Source of the DNA: Dendrobates tinctorius
Lineage: Eukaryota
DNA length: 64,000 nt
Assembly (NCBI RefSeq): GCF_039654945.1
Contig: NW_027361819.1
Span: 2,418,001 to 2,482,000 of the forward strand
Direction of reading: 5' to 3'
Shown: positions 11,675 through 23,793 of the stretch, piece by piece
Layout: every line of letters starts with the position of its first letter
Numbering within the stretch: the stretch's first letter is position 1
Program-made: the position numbers and the translations under genes
Notes under the pieces: generated by a model
The model's database searches: none
Told to the model about the DNA's origin: nothing
What the model saw: only the letters and a program-made list of their open reading frames with translations

Positions 11675-14600
11675 ATGGCGCTGGTGTCGGCCGACACAAA
11701 GATATCGGAGCTGCTGAGTGAGCTGCATCAGCTGATAAAGCAGACGCAGGTGGGGCAGCCTTCAGTGCCACCGTCACTGCGCAGGTGGGGTCTGCAGGGG
11801 TCCCGATGGGGCTGATTATTTCTCACACATAGTCACCTGCACAGTCTACGTATAAACTTATTGTCGTTATCTGCTGCTGGCTCTGAGGTCCCTGCACGGT
11901 GGCCGCACGCTCACCTGCCGCTCCCGTTCACTTTCAGGAGGAGCGATCAAGGAGCGAACACAACCTGGTGAATATCCAGAAAACGCACGAACGGATGCAG
12001 ACTGAGAACAAGAGTGAGTGGAGCGGCCGGAGGGGCGACCCTGCCTCCTTACAGTTCCTTGTAGTGCATTGTCGGCTTTCTGGCTGCAGGGAAATCTCTG
12101 GAGTCCTCTGAGTGACTACTGTCTCGCTCCTTATTTGGCGCCTATTCTGGAACCCTGTTACCTCCACTCGTATTAAGAGTTAATGGTGTCATTGCTTAAT
12201 ATGGTTCCTGCTTTGTCTCCTCAGTCTCCCCGTATTATCGCACCAAACTGCGTGGTCTCTACTCCACAGCCAAGGCTGACGCGGAAGCAGAATGCAAGTG
12301 AGTGAGGGGCTGGGGGTCAGCACAGGGTGTGTCAGACTAATCCTGAAACCATGGGGGGTCCTGGTAATTGTCTGTCTCCAGAGGGGAAGCTGCTGCCTTG
12401 TATTTCCAGTGTACGGTCTGTGATGCACAAGGGACCACACACCAGACCTGCTCCAATAATGTGCCGTGCTGTACTCGGCCTTATGGAGGGCGCTGCCGGG
12501 TCCCCCCCCCCCCCCCCCGTGACTCTGGCGCTGCCGGGTCCCCCCCCCCCCCCCCCCGTGACTCTGGCGCTGCCGGGTCCCCCCCCCCCCCCCCCGTGAC
12601 TCTGGCGCTGCCGGGTCCCCCCCCCCCCCCCCCGTGACTCTGGCGCTGCCGGGTCCCCCCCCCCCCCCCCGTGACTCTGGCGCTGCCGGGTCCCCCCCCC
12701 CCCCCCCGTGACTGGCGCTGCCGGGTCCCCCCCCCCCCCCCCGTGACTGGCGCTGCCGGGTCCCCCCCCCCCCCCCGTGACTCTGGCGCTGCCGGGTCCC
12801 CCCCCCCCCCCCGTGACTCTGGCGCTGCCGGGTCCCCCCCCCCCCCCCGTGACTCTGGCGCTGCCGGGTCCCCCCCCCCCCCCCGTGACTCTGGCGCTGC
12901 CGGGTCCCCCCCCCCCCCCGTGACTCTGGTGACTCTGGCGCTGCCGGGTCCCCCCCCCCCCCGTGACTCTGGCGCTGCCGGGTCCCCCCCCCCCCCGTGA
13001 CTCTGGCGCTGCCGGGTCCCCCCCCCCCCCTGACTCTGGCGCTGCCGGGTCCCCCCCCCCCCCCCCGTGACTCTGGCGCTGCCGGGTCCCCCCCCCCCGT
13101 GACTCTGGCGCTGCCGGGTCTCTCCACCCCCCCCCCCCCCCGTGACTCTGGCGCTGCCGGGTCTCTCCACCCCCCCCCCCCCGTGACTCTGGCGCTGCCG
13201 GGTCTCTCCAACCCCCCCCCCGTGACTCTGGCGCTGCCGGGTCTCTCCAACCCCCCCCCCCCCCCCCCCCCGTGACTCTGGCGCCGCCGGGTCTCTCCCC
13301 CCCCCCCCCCCCCGTGACTCTGGCGCTGCCGGGTCTCTCCACCCCCCCCCCGTGACTCTGGCGCTGCCGGGTCCCCCCCCCGTGACTCTGGCGCTGCCGG
13401 GTCTCTCCACCCCCCCCCCCGTGACTCTGGCGCTGCCGGGTCCCCCCCCCCGTGACTCTGGCGCTGCCGGGTCCCCCCCCCCGTGACTCTGGCGCTGCCG
13501 GGTCTCCCCCCCCCCCCCCCCGTGACTCTGGCGCTGCCGGGTCTCCCCCCCCCCCCCCCCCCCCCCGTGACTCTGGCGCTGCCGGGTCTCCCCCCCCCCC
13601 CCCCCCCCGTGACTCTGGCGCTGCCGGGTCTCTCCCCCCCCAGTGACTCTGGCGCTGCCGGGTCTCTCCACCCCCCCCCCCCCGTGACTCTGGCGCTGCC
13701 GGGTCTCTCCACCCCCCCCCCCCCCCCGTGACTCTGGCGCTGCCGGGTCCCCCCCCCCCGTGACTCTGGCGCTGCCGGGTCTCTCCACCCCCCCCGTGAC
13801 TCTGGCGCTGCCGGGTCTCTCCACCCCCCCCCCCCCCGTGACTCTGGCGCTGCCGGGTCCCCCCCCCCCCCGTGACTCTGGCGCTGCCGGGTCTCTCCAA
13901 CCCCCCCCCCCCCCCCCCGTGACTCTGGCGCTGCCGGGTCCCCCCCCCCCCCGTGACTCTGGCGCTGCCGGGTCTCTCCAACCCCCCCCCCCCCCCCCCC
14001 CCCCGTGACTCTGGCGCTGCCGGGTCTCTCCACCCCCCCCGTGACTCTGGCGCTGCCGGGTCTCCACCCCCCCCCCCCCCCGTGACTCTGGCGCTGCCGG
14101 GTCTCTCCACCCCCCCCCGTGACTCTGGCGCTGCCGGGTCTCCACCCCCCCCCCCCCCGTGACTCTGGCGCTGCCGGGTCTCCCCCCCCCCCCCCCCCCC
14201 CGTGACTCTGGCGCTGCCGGGTCTCCCCCCCCCCCCCCCGTGACTCTGGCGCTGCCGGGTCTCTCCACCCCCCCCCCCCCCCCCCCCCGTGACTCTGGCG
14301 CTGCCGGGTCTCTCCAACCCCCCCCCCGTGACTCTGGCGCTGCCGGGTCTCTTCCCCCCCCCGTGACTCTGGCGCTGCCGGGTCTCTTCCCCCCCCCGTG
14401 ACTCTGGCGCTGCCGGGTCTCTTCCCCCCCCCCGTGACTCTGGCGCTGCCGGGTCTCTTCCCCCCCCCGTGACTCTGGCGCTGCCGGGTCTCTCCACCCC
14501 CCCCCCCCCCCCGTGACTCTGGCGCTGCCGGGTCTCTTCCCCCCCCCGTGACTCTGGCGCCGCCGGGTCTCTTCCCCCCCCCCCCCCCCCCCCCCCGTGA

Positions 14601-17042
14601 CTCTGGCGCTGCCGGGTCTCTCCACCCCCCCCCCCCGTGACTCTGGCGCTGCCGGGTCCCCCCCCCCGTGACTCTGGCGCTGCCGGGTCTAACCCCCCCC
14701 CCCCCCCCGTGACTCTGGCGCTGCCGGGTCTAACCCCCCCCCCCCCCCCGTGACTCTGGCGCTGCCGGGTCTAACCCCCCCCCCCCCCCCCCGTGACTCT
14801 GGCGCTGCCGGGTCTAACCCCCCCCCCCCCCCCCCGTGACTCTGGCGCTGCCGGGTCTAACCCCCCCCCCCCCCGTGACTCTGGCGCTGCCGGGTCTAAC
14901 CCCCCCCCCCCCGTGACTCTGGCGCTGCCGGGTCTCCTCCCCCCCCCCCCCCCCCCCCGTGACTCTGGCGCTGCCGGGTCTCCTCCCCCAACCCCCCCGC
15001 CACCGTGACTCTGGCGCTGCCGTGTCTTCCCCCCCCCCGTGACTCTGGCGCTGCCGGGGCTAACCCCCCCCCCCCCCCCCCCCCCCCGTGACTCTGGCGC
15101 TGCCAGGTCTAACCCCCCCCCCCCCCCCCCGTGACTCTGGCGCTGCCGGGTCTAACCCCCCCCCCCCCCCCCCGTGACTCTGGCGCTGCCGGGTCTAACC
15201 ACCCCCCCCCCCCGTGACTCTGGCGCTGCCGGGTCTAACCACCCCCCCCCCCCCCCCCCGTGACTCTGGCGCTGCCGGGACTAACCCCCCCCCCCCCCCC
15301 CCGTGACTCTGGCGCTGCCGGGTCTAACCCCCCCCCCCCCCCGTGACTCTGGCGCTGCCGGGTCTAACCCCCCCCCCCCCCCGTGACTCTGGCGCTGCCG
15401 GGTCTAACCCCCCCCCCCCCCCGTGACTCTGGCGCTGCCGGGTCTAACCCCCCCCCCCCCCGTGACTCTGGCGCTGCCGGGTCTAACCCCCCCCCCCCCC
15501 CGTGACTCTGGCGCTGCCGGGTCTAACACCCCCCCCCCCCCGTGACTCTGGCGCTGCCGGGTCTCCTCCTCCCCCCCCGTGACTCTGCCGCTGACTCGCT
15601 GCTTTCTTCTCCCTTCAGCATTCTGCGGAGATCATTAGATAAAATAGCGGAGATCAAGTCCTTGCTGGAGGAGCGGCGCATTGGTGAGTGCCCCGACCGC
15701 AGCCGAACCCTGCAAATGCAGAGTACCATCCGAACTGTCTTCTCATCTGCTGCCAACGTGTGGAGGTTTCCTGGCTATGTGCACCATTACGTCTCTTTCC
15801 AGCTGCCAAGATCGCCGGCCTGTACCACGACTCTGAGCCGCCCAGGAAGACCATGAGGCGTGGGGTGCTGATGACCCTCCTGCAGCAGTCAGCCATGACC
15901 CTGCCCCTGTGGATCGGGAAGCCTGGGGAGAAGTGAGTGTGAGCTCCCTGGAGTGTGAGCCGCTGTGCATGGCTGCTATGATGCTTGTCATCTCCTCGCT
16001 CAGGCCCCCTCCTCTGTGTGGAGCGATTCCAGCATCCAGCGATTACGTAGCCAAACCCGGAGACAAGGTGGCCGCTCGTGTGAAAGCTGTGGACGGGGAT
16101 GAGCAGTGGATCCTGGCTGAGGTGGTCAGCTACAGTCACACTGCCAACAAGTAGGTTCCTGTTCTAGTCGAAGGTGGGTGGCATGACTGGGCATTAGTTA
16201 ACCCCTTCACTCTTTTCCAGGTACGAGGTGGACGACATCGACGAAGAAGGAAAGGAGTAAGTGTCACACGATCTGCATGAACATAGGAGTTCTGGGAGGA
16301 ACTGACTGATCACTGCCTCATGTCCTCTCCACTCACATCCAGAGCTGCACCCTATAAGACTACTCCTGACCAATAAGAGAAGATCCCATGATGCCCTTCT
16401 CCCTGTGAGATGCAGTTATTTATGACTGCAGCTCTGGTTGTGACTGGAGTACTCGTTTCTCAGGTGCTCTTGTACCTGTAAAGTAGGGCTGACACTGATT
16501 CCTATAACTGGCTGTTACCTCACGAGTCTGGTCTCTCCGCCAGGCGTCACACCCTCAGTCGTCGTCGGATCATCCCTCTGCCGCAGTGGAAAGCGAACCC
16601 AGAGACCGACCCGGAGGCTCTGTTCCAGAAAGATCAGCTAGTGCTGGCTCTGTACCCCCAGACCACCTGCTTCTACCGAGCCCTGATCCACACCCCCCCA
16701 CAACGGGTGAGTGCACGGCAGGTAGGGACAAGAGGAATTAACGGGAAGGGGCTTCTGTGACTAAGGGTAGGAAGGGTTGGTGACAAAATGTCATGGCTGC
16801 TCATGGTCGGTGCAGGCAGCTACTTCCTGTCTGTAGGACTAACCTGCACACGGGTGATGTGGGGTGGAGAGGCCACAGTTTTGGGCAGGATATTCGCTTT
16901 TAACACGTTTCTTGCTTGCTCTCAGCCCCAGGATGACTACTCCGTGCTGTTTGAAGACACGTCTTATGCTGATGGCTATTCTCCCCCCCTCAATGTTGCC
17001 CAGAGATACGTGGTGGCCTGCAAGGAGCCAAAGAAAAAGTGA
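11675..17042 (+). CDS. SGF29: SAGA complex-associated factor 29 (tandem Tudor H3K4me reader), 293 aa, 9 coding exons
   Basis: Exons 11675-11749, 11938-12013, 12225-12297, 15619-15683, 15803-15932, 16004-16150, 16221-16256, 16544-16706, 16926-17042; all GT-AG, phases consistent, 882 nt in total. Protein MALVSADTKISELL...YEVDDIDEEGKERHTLSRRRIIPLP...LALYPQTTCFY...YVVACKEPKKK matches vertebrate SGF29. Confidence 0.97.
12490..15590. repeat. G/C-skewed minisatellite GTGACTCTGGCGCTGCCGGGTC(TC/TAA)-C(n) in an SGF29 intron
   Basis: Constant 22-bp core plus variable poly-C (roughly 7-23 nt), ~85 copies; fills the intron between coding exons 3 and 4. Confidence 0.95.
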
Positions 17043-17148
17043 GGGCGGAGGTAGAAAGTGACTTTTGGTGTTGGATGGGGATTTTTGTTTGTTATTTTTG
17101 GGGGCCATTAAGTGATCCTTTTATTCCAGTGAATTTGTTACAAGGTGA

Positions 17149-17154
17149 AATAAA
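17149..17154 (+). terminator. Probable SGF29 polyadenylation signal
   Basis: AATAAA ~107 nt after the stop, followed by T/GT-rich sequence. Confidence 0.55.
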
Positions 17155-17674
17155 CAGAGCAGCTTTTATTCTTCAGCAGTGTGGAGTTTCTTTCTCCCAT
17201 GAGTCTGGTTTTACACCATTCTGTGCTAATACAATCACACGGACACTGCCATAACAGGTGTTGGCTGAGGGGGTTTACAGCAGTGGTCGGGAGCTTTAAG
17301 ATTCTCAAAGATCCAAATTCCATGTAGTGTCAGTAGCAGCAGGGAAGATAAATGATGGCTCTGGTCAATTAGTCTGGAAGATAACATGACTTCAGCCTTC
17401 CAAGCCTCCCGCACCATTGGATTGTGATTCCATTCCACTCATGACAGGGGCAGAGTGTCTCGCCCCTTGGACTGATGGGTGTGGTGGTAGAAAACTGAAG
17501 CCAGAAGCACAGACAATCATTTAAGGACACCCTCCCACCTGCTTGTTTTTCCTCTCTGGCTTCATACAGCCAAAGGGCAGAGAGGGTGGGAAGTCGCACT
17601 GAACTCTTTGCCTGCGGCACGAGGCACTGAGCGCCTGAACTTAGTTTAAACCGTTATTGAATAAGTCCCTTTTA

Positions 17675-18081
17675 GGCTACTTTCACACTTGCGTTTGGAG
17701 GCGCAGCATACGCTTTGTGTGAAGCGCTGCCGCCTGCCATGCCTCCTCCAGTCAGCTCTGCCTATGGGCGCATGACGCTGCATGTGGCCTGCGTACCCTA
17801 TCTTTAACATTGGGTACGCAGGTCGTGCGCAGGTATTTTGCCGGCGCATGAGTCTTTTTGATGGTGCGCCAAACGCAACGTGTTGCATTTTGGTGCGATT
17901 GCCGCACCGTCAAAAGGACTCATGTGCCGGCAAAAGCATACCTGCGTACCCAATGCTAAAGATAGGGTACGCAGGCAGTGTCATGTGCCCGTAGGTGGAG
18001 CTGATCGGAGGAGGTGTGGCAGGGGGCGGAGCCTGAGGCCGAGCACACGCTGCGCCTCCTAACCCAAGTGTTAAAGTAGCC
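17675..18081. mobile_element. PIF/Harbinger-type MITE (palindromic)
   Basis: TIRs GGCTACTTTCACACTTG / CAAGTGTTAAAGTAGCC, TTA on both flanks, internal mirror hairpins CCTGCGTACCC..GGGTACGCAGG. Confidence 0.8.
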
Positions 18082-18229
18082 TTAATGGCTCGTTTACACT
18101 CGCATGTCGCCAGTGTGTGCACCATCCAACAAGGACTTCTCCAGTCTTCGCATCCATAGAGGGGATCACACAGTATACCCAAGACCACGGCCATGAGTAA
18201 AGTCTGGGATCTAAACCTCCATGTGCAAC

Positions 18230-18480
18230 TCTTCCCATCATCCAGGACAATGTGGGGATGATGCTTTTCCCCTATGATGGAGACCAGATCATATACAAAA
18301 GTGAGAACTAATTCGCTCAGGGAACATAATTTTGATATTTTGGGTCCAGAAAACTCCCCAGACATCAGCCCCATTGAGAACCTGTGGACAATCCTCAGTG
18401 ACAAAAGCCCAGAAAGTGTGATGAGCTCCGCTCAGTGATAACAACGGGCGGCCATCAGTCAGGCTCTGCCGCTATCCAGC
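18230..18480 (+). mobile_element. Short decayed Tc1 transposase remnant
   Basis: Reads ...PENSPDISPIENLWTIL..., similar to the Tc1 [15 protein letters not shown] motif; no TIRs found. Confidence 0.55.
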
Positions 18481-18804
18481 CGCCGGGGAGAATCACGTTT
18501 GCTACTGAGGATTTGGATTCTTCCCATAAATGCGGCCTCATTGTCACCTCTGTGCGGCAGACCCTCGCTCTCTACCAGTAATGTCTGCTCTTGTGGCCAA
18601 AAGATAGAGCAATTTATTACATATCAAAGTGCATACAATAAAAACGTGCTGCTGTAGCACTACAACTCCCAGCATGCCCATAGCGGCACTGTTACAGGGT
18701 GGAGGACCAGGCAGATAACAGACGACGTTTTCTGTACAATATATACATCTTGTAGACATTTGCATCGCGCTGCCCCCCGCAGGCGTCATCCATCACCGCA
18801 GAAA

Positions 18805-20801
18805 TCAGCTGCGCAGCTCGTCCACCCAATGATTCTGCAGAAAAGGAGAAGAGTTTATATCCACGGTCAGATTACAGCAGAGGTGGCCGGTAATATCAGG
18901 TCTACTCCACCTGCGTCTGCGATAGCTCCTCCAGATCGCCATAGCAACCCTTCTTATATCGGATCAGGTCTCCCCACAGGACGGATTTCCCACAGCTGCA
19001 AGAAAGGAGGCAGAGGTCAAGGGGCGACATAATGAGCAGCACATAACCACAGAGGGGTCGGGATGAGGCCGCAGATATTTCTTCTGCAGGCTTCTAAAAT
19101 TGGGGGTTTAGACTAAACTCAAGATGTCAGTAATGTCTCTGAGGGTTTGTTACAGTGTATCAGGCAGCCAGATATAGAGAGCAATGAAAGGCGGAGATGG
19201 CACATAACGTAGGAGAGTGAGGATGAGAGTGTGATGGCAGAGGCTCAGGTGGGGCTGACCTGGGGCACAGACCCTCTACGGGGATCAGATGTTCCGGCTC
19301 GCTTTGGAGGAAGACTTTGGCCAGGCATAGGATATGGGCAGTCATAGAGCAGCCAGGGTGCAGGCAGCGCAGGGCGTCATCCTGACTCTGTGGGAGGAAG
19401 AAGAAGAGATGCCATTATCACATGGGATAATCACAACTTTTAGGTCATTGTTCACCAACAGCCTGCACCCTCCACCCCACTGTGCCCATCTGCAGCGTGA
19501 GGACTCTACTGTGCCCCTAAGTGTACAGCCAGGCGCCCCCTGCGGCGTCGGCGTACGTGCTGACACCACCTGCTGTATGCATGTGCATACTCCTCTGTAC
19601 TGCGCCCCTCACAGTACACCCAGGCACCCACCTGTAGTTTGTCGTAGCAGACCCTGCACCGCTGGGTGACGCCCTGCAGTTGGCCGCCCGTCTCCTCGCC
19701 TATTTCCCCTTGTGTCTTGGCAATGGGCTTGGCCCTCACTTGTCCGTACGCCAGCGGCATGTGCAGCGGAGGCTGGAGGAGGGGAGGCAGCTCCCTGTGG
19801 TACTCCTGTCTGAGCCAGCGCAGGGTGAGGGGTAAGCGCTTCCAGGGAGCCACGCGCAGCATGTGGTAGAGGACCAGGAGGTGGAAGTCGAAGCTGGACT
19901 GTTTCTTTGTCTTGCGTGGCACGTGGGTGAGCCGGCGAGAGACGTGCGGGTGCTGCCAGGCCCACTCAAACTGAGGAGAGAGGTGAAGACCCGGTTACAT
20001 CCAGAGCTGAATTACAGCCAGAGCCTAACACCATGAACCTCCAGAGCTGCACCCAGAACTCCCGTACTCCAATCACACCCAGAGCTGCGCTCACACTGCA
20101 GCCTGCTCTTTATTCCTATACAGCATAGTTCTCACCCGTAAGGCAGCGATGTCATTAGGGAATCCGTGAACGATCAGCACCATGTCCCTGTATGAGGGGA
20201 AGGAAAAGTCACTGGTGTTGTACAGTAGACGTCTCCCCCGTGCCAGGAGCCGAGGGCCCTGAGTGCTCGCTTCCCCTCCTGGGATTTCCTTCCTTCTGAT
20301 TTTCGGTCTCTGTTGCTGTAGGTGAACAGGACTGGACACCTGCTGCTCTGATGCTTCTCACAGCTGGAGGTTTGCTACACAGCATCCAGTGCACACAGTG
20401 CTCTGCGAGGGAAACACTCCGGACTGATGCAACAAACTATGAGGAAGGGAATTTCTGGGCTTCGCACACAGAGGACAGGCTGGATGATACTGTAACGACA
20501 TCTCAGCTGTGTGAAACTCACAGGCTCCATGTGTCCACATTCACTTACCACAAGCAGAGGTGCTGAAAATCATGAGGGACGGAGACAGTATATTAGGAGG
20601 ATACAACATGGATGCCAGCGCTGCTTACCAGGGGCCCCTCCCACTTGTCTTCCAGGCTCCGCCCTTTTGTTTGCCTCCGTTGTGCTGATGGATCCTTCTC
20701 TCTGGATTCACTGTGAAGCCGATGTAGATCCGACCTTTATACTTGGGGTTGGTGCAGAAAAGAAGGTAAACCCCGAAAAACCCCTCCACATCTACGACCA
20801 T
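18805..20801 (-). CDS. SLX1A: SLX1 structure-specific endonuclease subunit (GIY-YIG + RING/PHD-like zinc finger), 268 aa, 6 coding exons
   Basis: Exons 20801-20629, 20187-20136, 19970-19632, 19387-19260, 18995-18911, 18834-18805 (807 nt, GT-AG, phases consistent). [56 protein letters not shown] and C-terminal CRVC..CLHPGC..HILCL..CPSC. AATAAA on - at 18618-18613. The A/B suffix reflects a human duplication; this is the slx1 ortholog. Confidence 0.95.
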
Positions 20802-21199
20802 CCCGCCTGCGGGAGACACAGAAGAGCCGGAGATGAGCAGCAGATGAGCCCGGCGCTCCTGTATACGGTATATACTGTGCAGAGCCACACAGCATAGCAG
20901 TATGAGTCTATATACCGTATACAGACACACACACTGTATATATATTTCAATTCAAAGAAAGCCCAGATGAACGGCACCAGGGCTCTAATCCACCAGCAAC
21001 AAGTCGAGGAGCAATCACAGGCGCACAGTGTGTAAAACACTGCTGGGAATAGCGGTGCTCAGCATCAGAAAAAACATGCCGAATTTATAAAAGAAGGGAG
21101 ACGAGGCGGCTCTCCCCCAGATCTGCAGTGCTTCTTTATTCCACCATTACAGGTCACACAATAACGGACGGGCAGGTACATGAGGCATGCGGGGAGAAA

Positions 21200-21249
21200 A
21201 GCCGGATGACAGCCGTTTCCCGCACACAGACGCTCCCGCAGCTCCAGCT
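21200..21249 (-). ncRNA. Degenerate type I hammerhead ribozyme-like motif in the Penelope terminal repeat (second copy at 24498-24545, +)
   Basis: AGCUGGA-g-CUG(c)GG(g/a)A-(G)CG..CG(C)-GAAACGGCUGUC-n-UCCGGCU: stem I, stem II, GAAA and GUC present; the CUGANGA core is mutated in both copies. Confidence 0.5.
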
Positions 21250-21396
21250 GTGTCATTACCTGATGTCATTTCCTTAAACAGGTCTATGACTGACAACAGG
21301 GGAACATTTAAAAAAAAAAACACGAATGGACATTTTCAATTAAAAACAAGTAACATCATTACATCTTTATGCTGACTGCAGGAACCATCACAAGAA

Positions 21397-21820
21397 GGCT
21401 AGTTTCACACCAGCGTTTATTCCACGCAGCGCACGGCGCCGCTAAGCCCCGCCCCCTGCCCGCCCCATCCGGTCATCGCCGCCTACTATCGCACATGGAC
21501 GCATGCGATCTGCGCACCATCCTTAGCATAGGGTGCACAGATCGTGCGCGAGTAGGACTTTAGCGTGCGCTGCGCACTTTTGAAGGTGCGCCGAACGCAG
21601 CATGTTGCATTTTGGTACACCTTCAAAAGTGCGCAGCACACGCTAAAATCCTACTAGCGCACGATCTGTGCACCCTATGCTAAAGATGGTGCGCAGATCG
21701 CATGCGTCCATGTGCGATAGTAGGCGGCGATGACCGGATGGGGCGGGCAGGGAGCCAGCAGGGGGCGGGGCTTATCGGCACCGTGCTCTGCATGGAATAA
21801 ACGCAAGTGTGAAAGTAGCC
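21397..21820. mobile_element. Harbinger-type palindromic MITE nested in the Penelope 3' region
   Basis: TIRs GGCTAGTTTCACAC / GTGTGAAAGTAGCC (same family ends as 17675-18081); nearly the whole element is a hairpin centred near 21600; TSD degenerate. Confidence 0.8.
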
Positions 21821-22827
21821 TGAGAATTTCTTTTTTTTAAAAAAAGTGTATAAAGATCCTTAAAAAAAATGTCTTTTCTTTACAGAAATTTTTTTTTTTT
21901 TACAAAAGGAGTTTTTGTTTTTTTTTACAAAAAATTTTTTTCTCTCTTTACAAAAAAATGGACGGCTCCAACCTATCATCGGTCCTGAAGGACCCTGCGC
22001 TTTGGATTTAAATATCCATCTGGCTTCGTGTCTCATCAACCATTTATTATGATTATTATGTGGTGGAAATTTTACGATTTCTAAACCAGCAAAGCCCAAT
22101 AATTCCGGGTTGGATTTGTGTTTTTCTTGCCTATGTTTTATTAAGCGCAAAGACCCTTTTCCTGCACTAATCGAATGATCATGTTCACGGAATCTTGTTG
22201 CACGTGGTCTAATCGTTTTTCCTGTGTAAAAAAAATAAACAAGGACAAAACAGAATATATCCCACAAATGTACTTCTACAAGAAATAGAATCTTTCACTC
22301 TATGCTGAACGGGTGCGATTTTTAGAGGATTGGAAGTCCTATGTAAGTGACAGGAATTACAGTCACCGCATTTAAAGTTCCCTTTTGGTGGATTTTTCTT
22401 TATTTTTTTTAGTTTTTATCAAGAGCTAACAAACGCTTATAAGATCAGCGATATTATTAGTGCGTTTATATGCAGATTGCGGAGCCATAGGATGCCAGTT
22501 TCTTCTGATGGCTGTGTGTGACCCTGTCAATGGAACGATGTTTAAAGCTAAAGAAAAATCTCTTCTGTGGATTTATCTCACTCTGTATTTGCTTTTTGTG
22601 GTGTTTAGTGACCCTCTTTAATAAATCGCTTTGAGATACAGCTTTAACCCGTTCATGAGCTTCGTTCAGAACACCAATGGGATAACCGCTCCTCAACAAT
22701 CGTGGTTTTAATTCCTCAATTTGTTTATTACAGATATCGTCGTTATTGTTCTGTTTCCTTTATCTAACCATCCGACTACAAGGAAGCCCTTTCTTAGTGT
22801 GCACTGTTAAAATGTGAGAGTGAATTA

Positions 22828-23793
22828 CCGTATTTTCCGCTTTGTAAGACGCACTTTTTTTCCCCAAAATTTGGGGGGAAAACGGGTGCGTCTTACAAAG
22901 CGGACATGCCTTACCTAGGCTGTGATCGGGGGCGTCCGGCGGTTGCTGGCCGCTGCTGCGGGTGTGTCCGGTGCCGCGTTGTGTGCCCGTCGATGCCCGG
23001 GGCTCTGCCAACATTGTGCGACAGGCCAGAGCCCCGGCATTTCCTCAGTTCCCTGTGTGCCGGTAAAAAGATGGCCGCCGGCGCGTGCGCAGATGGGATC
23101 TCGGGACCCAGTTCTCGAGAGATGAGATTTGAAATCTCATCTCTCGAGAGGTGGGTCCCGAGATCCCATCTGCGCACGCGCCGGCGGCCATTTTCCCTGG
23201 GTTCCCTGTGTGCGCGCGGTGGTGCCTGCAAAAAAATGTCCACCGCGCGTGCGCAGATGGGATCTCGGGACCCAGCTCTCGAGAGATGAGATTTCAGATC
23301 TCATCTCTCGAGAACTGGTCCCGAGATCCCATCTGTGCACGCGCCGGCGGCTATTTTTTTTTTACCGGCACTTCAGCGCACATATACAGGGAACCGAGGA
23401 AATGCTGGGGCTCTGGTCTGTCGAACAATGTCGGCAGAGCCCCGGGCATCGATGGGCACACAACGCCGCACCGGAGCACCCGCAGCACCGGCCTCCAACC
23501 GCCGGACAAGTGGAGAAACCTGACACCAGCACAAGACTCTGCAGCAGCAACAGCACACATCGGAGCCCCCCCTCATCCCTGAATGCGGCCTGCAGCATCA
23601 CTCCACGCCTGCCTCCTCCAGCAGCGAGCCTGGGACCCCTCTACACCGCAGCCACCAACCCCGGTAAGCAATAAGATGGAAGGATTATAAGAGGCACCAC
23701 CATTTTATTAAAAAATATTTTTTTCTTATTTTTCTCCTCAAAAATTGTGGTGCGTCTTATAATCCGGAGCGTCTTATAAAGCGAAAAATACGG
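22828..23793. mobile_element. Non-autonomous Tc1/mariner-pogo-type element (MITE) inserted in the Penelope ORF
   Basis: TIRs CCGTATTTTCCGCTTTGTAAGACGC / GCGTCTTATAAAGCGAAAAATACGG with TA on both sides; removing it rejoins the Penelope frame KATAT|NSLSHFNSAH. Confidence 0.85.

Noticed and set aside
12189-14625. Gly- and Pro-rich ORFs of 600-720 aa
   Set aside because: Poly-C minisatellite within an SGF29 intron; frames shift with homopolymer length.
21860-22267. GIY-YIG fragment as an extra SLX1 exon
   Set aside because: It lies 3' of the Penelope RT and is decayed; SLX1 is complete without it, so the shared fold is coincidental.
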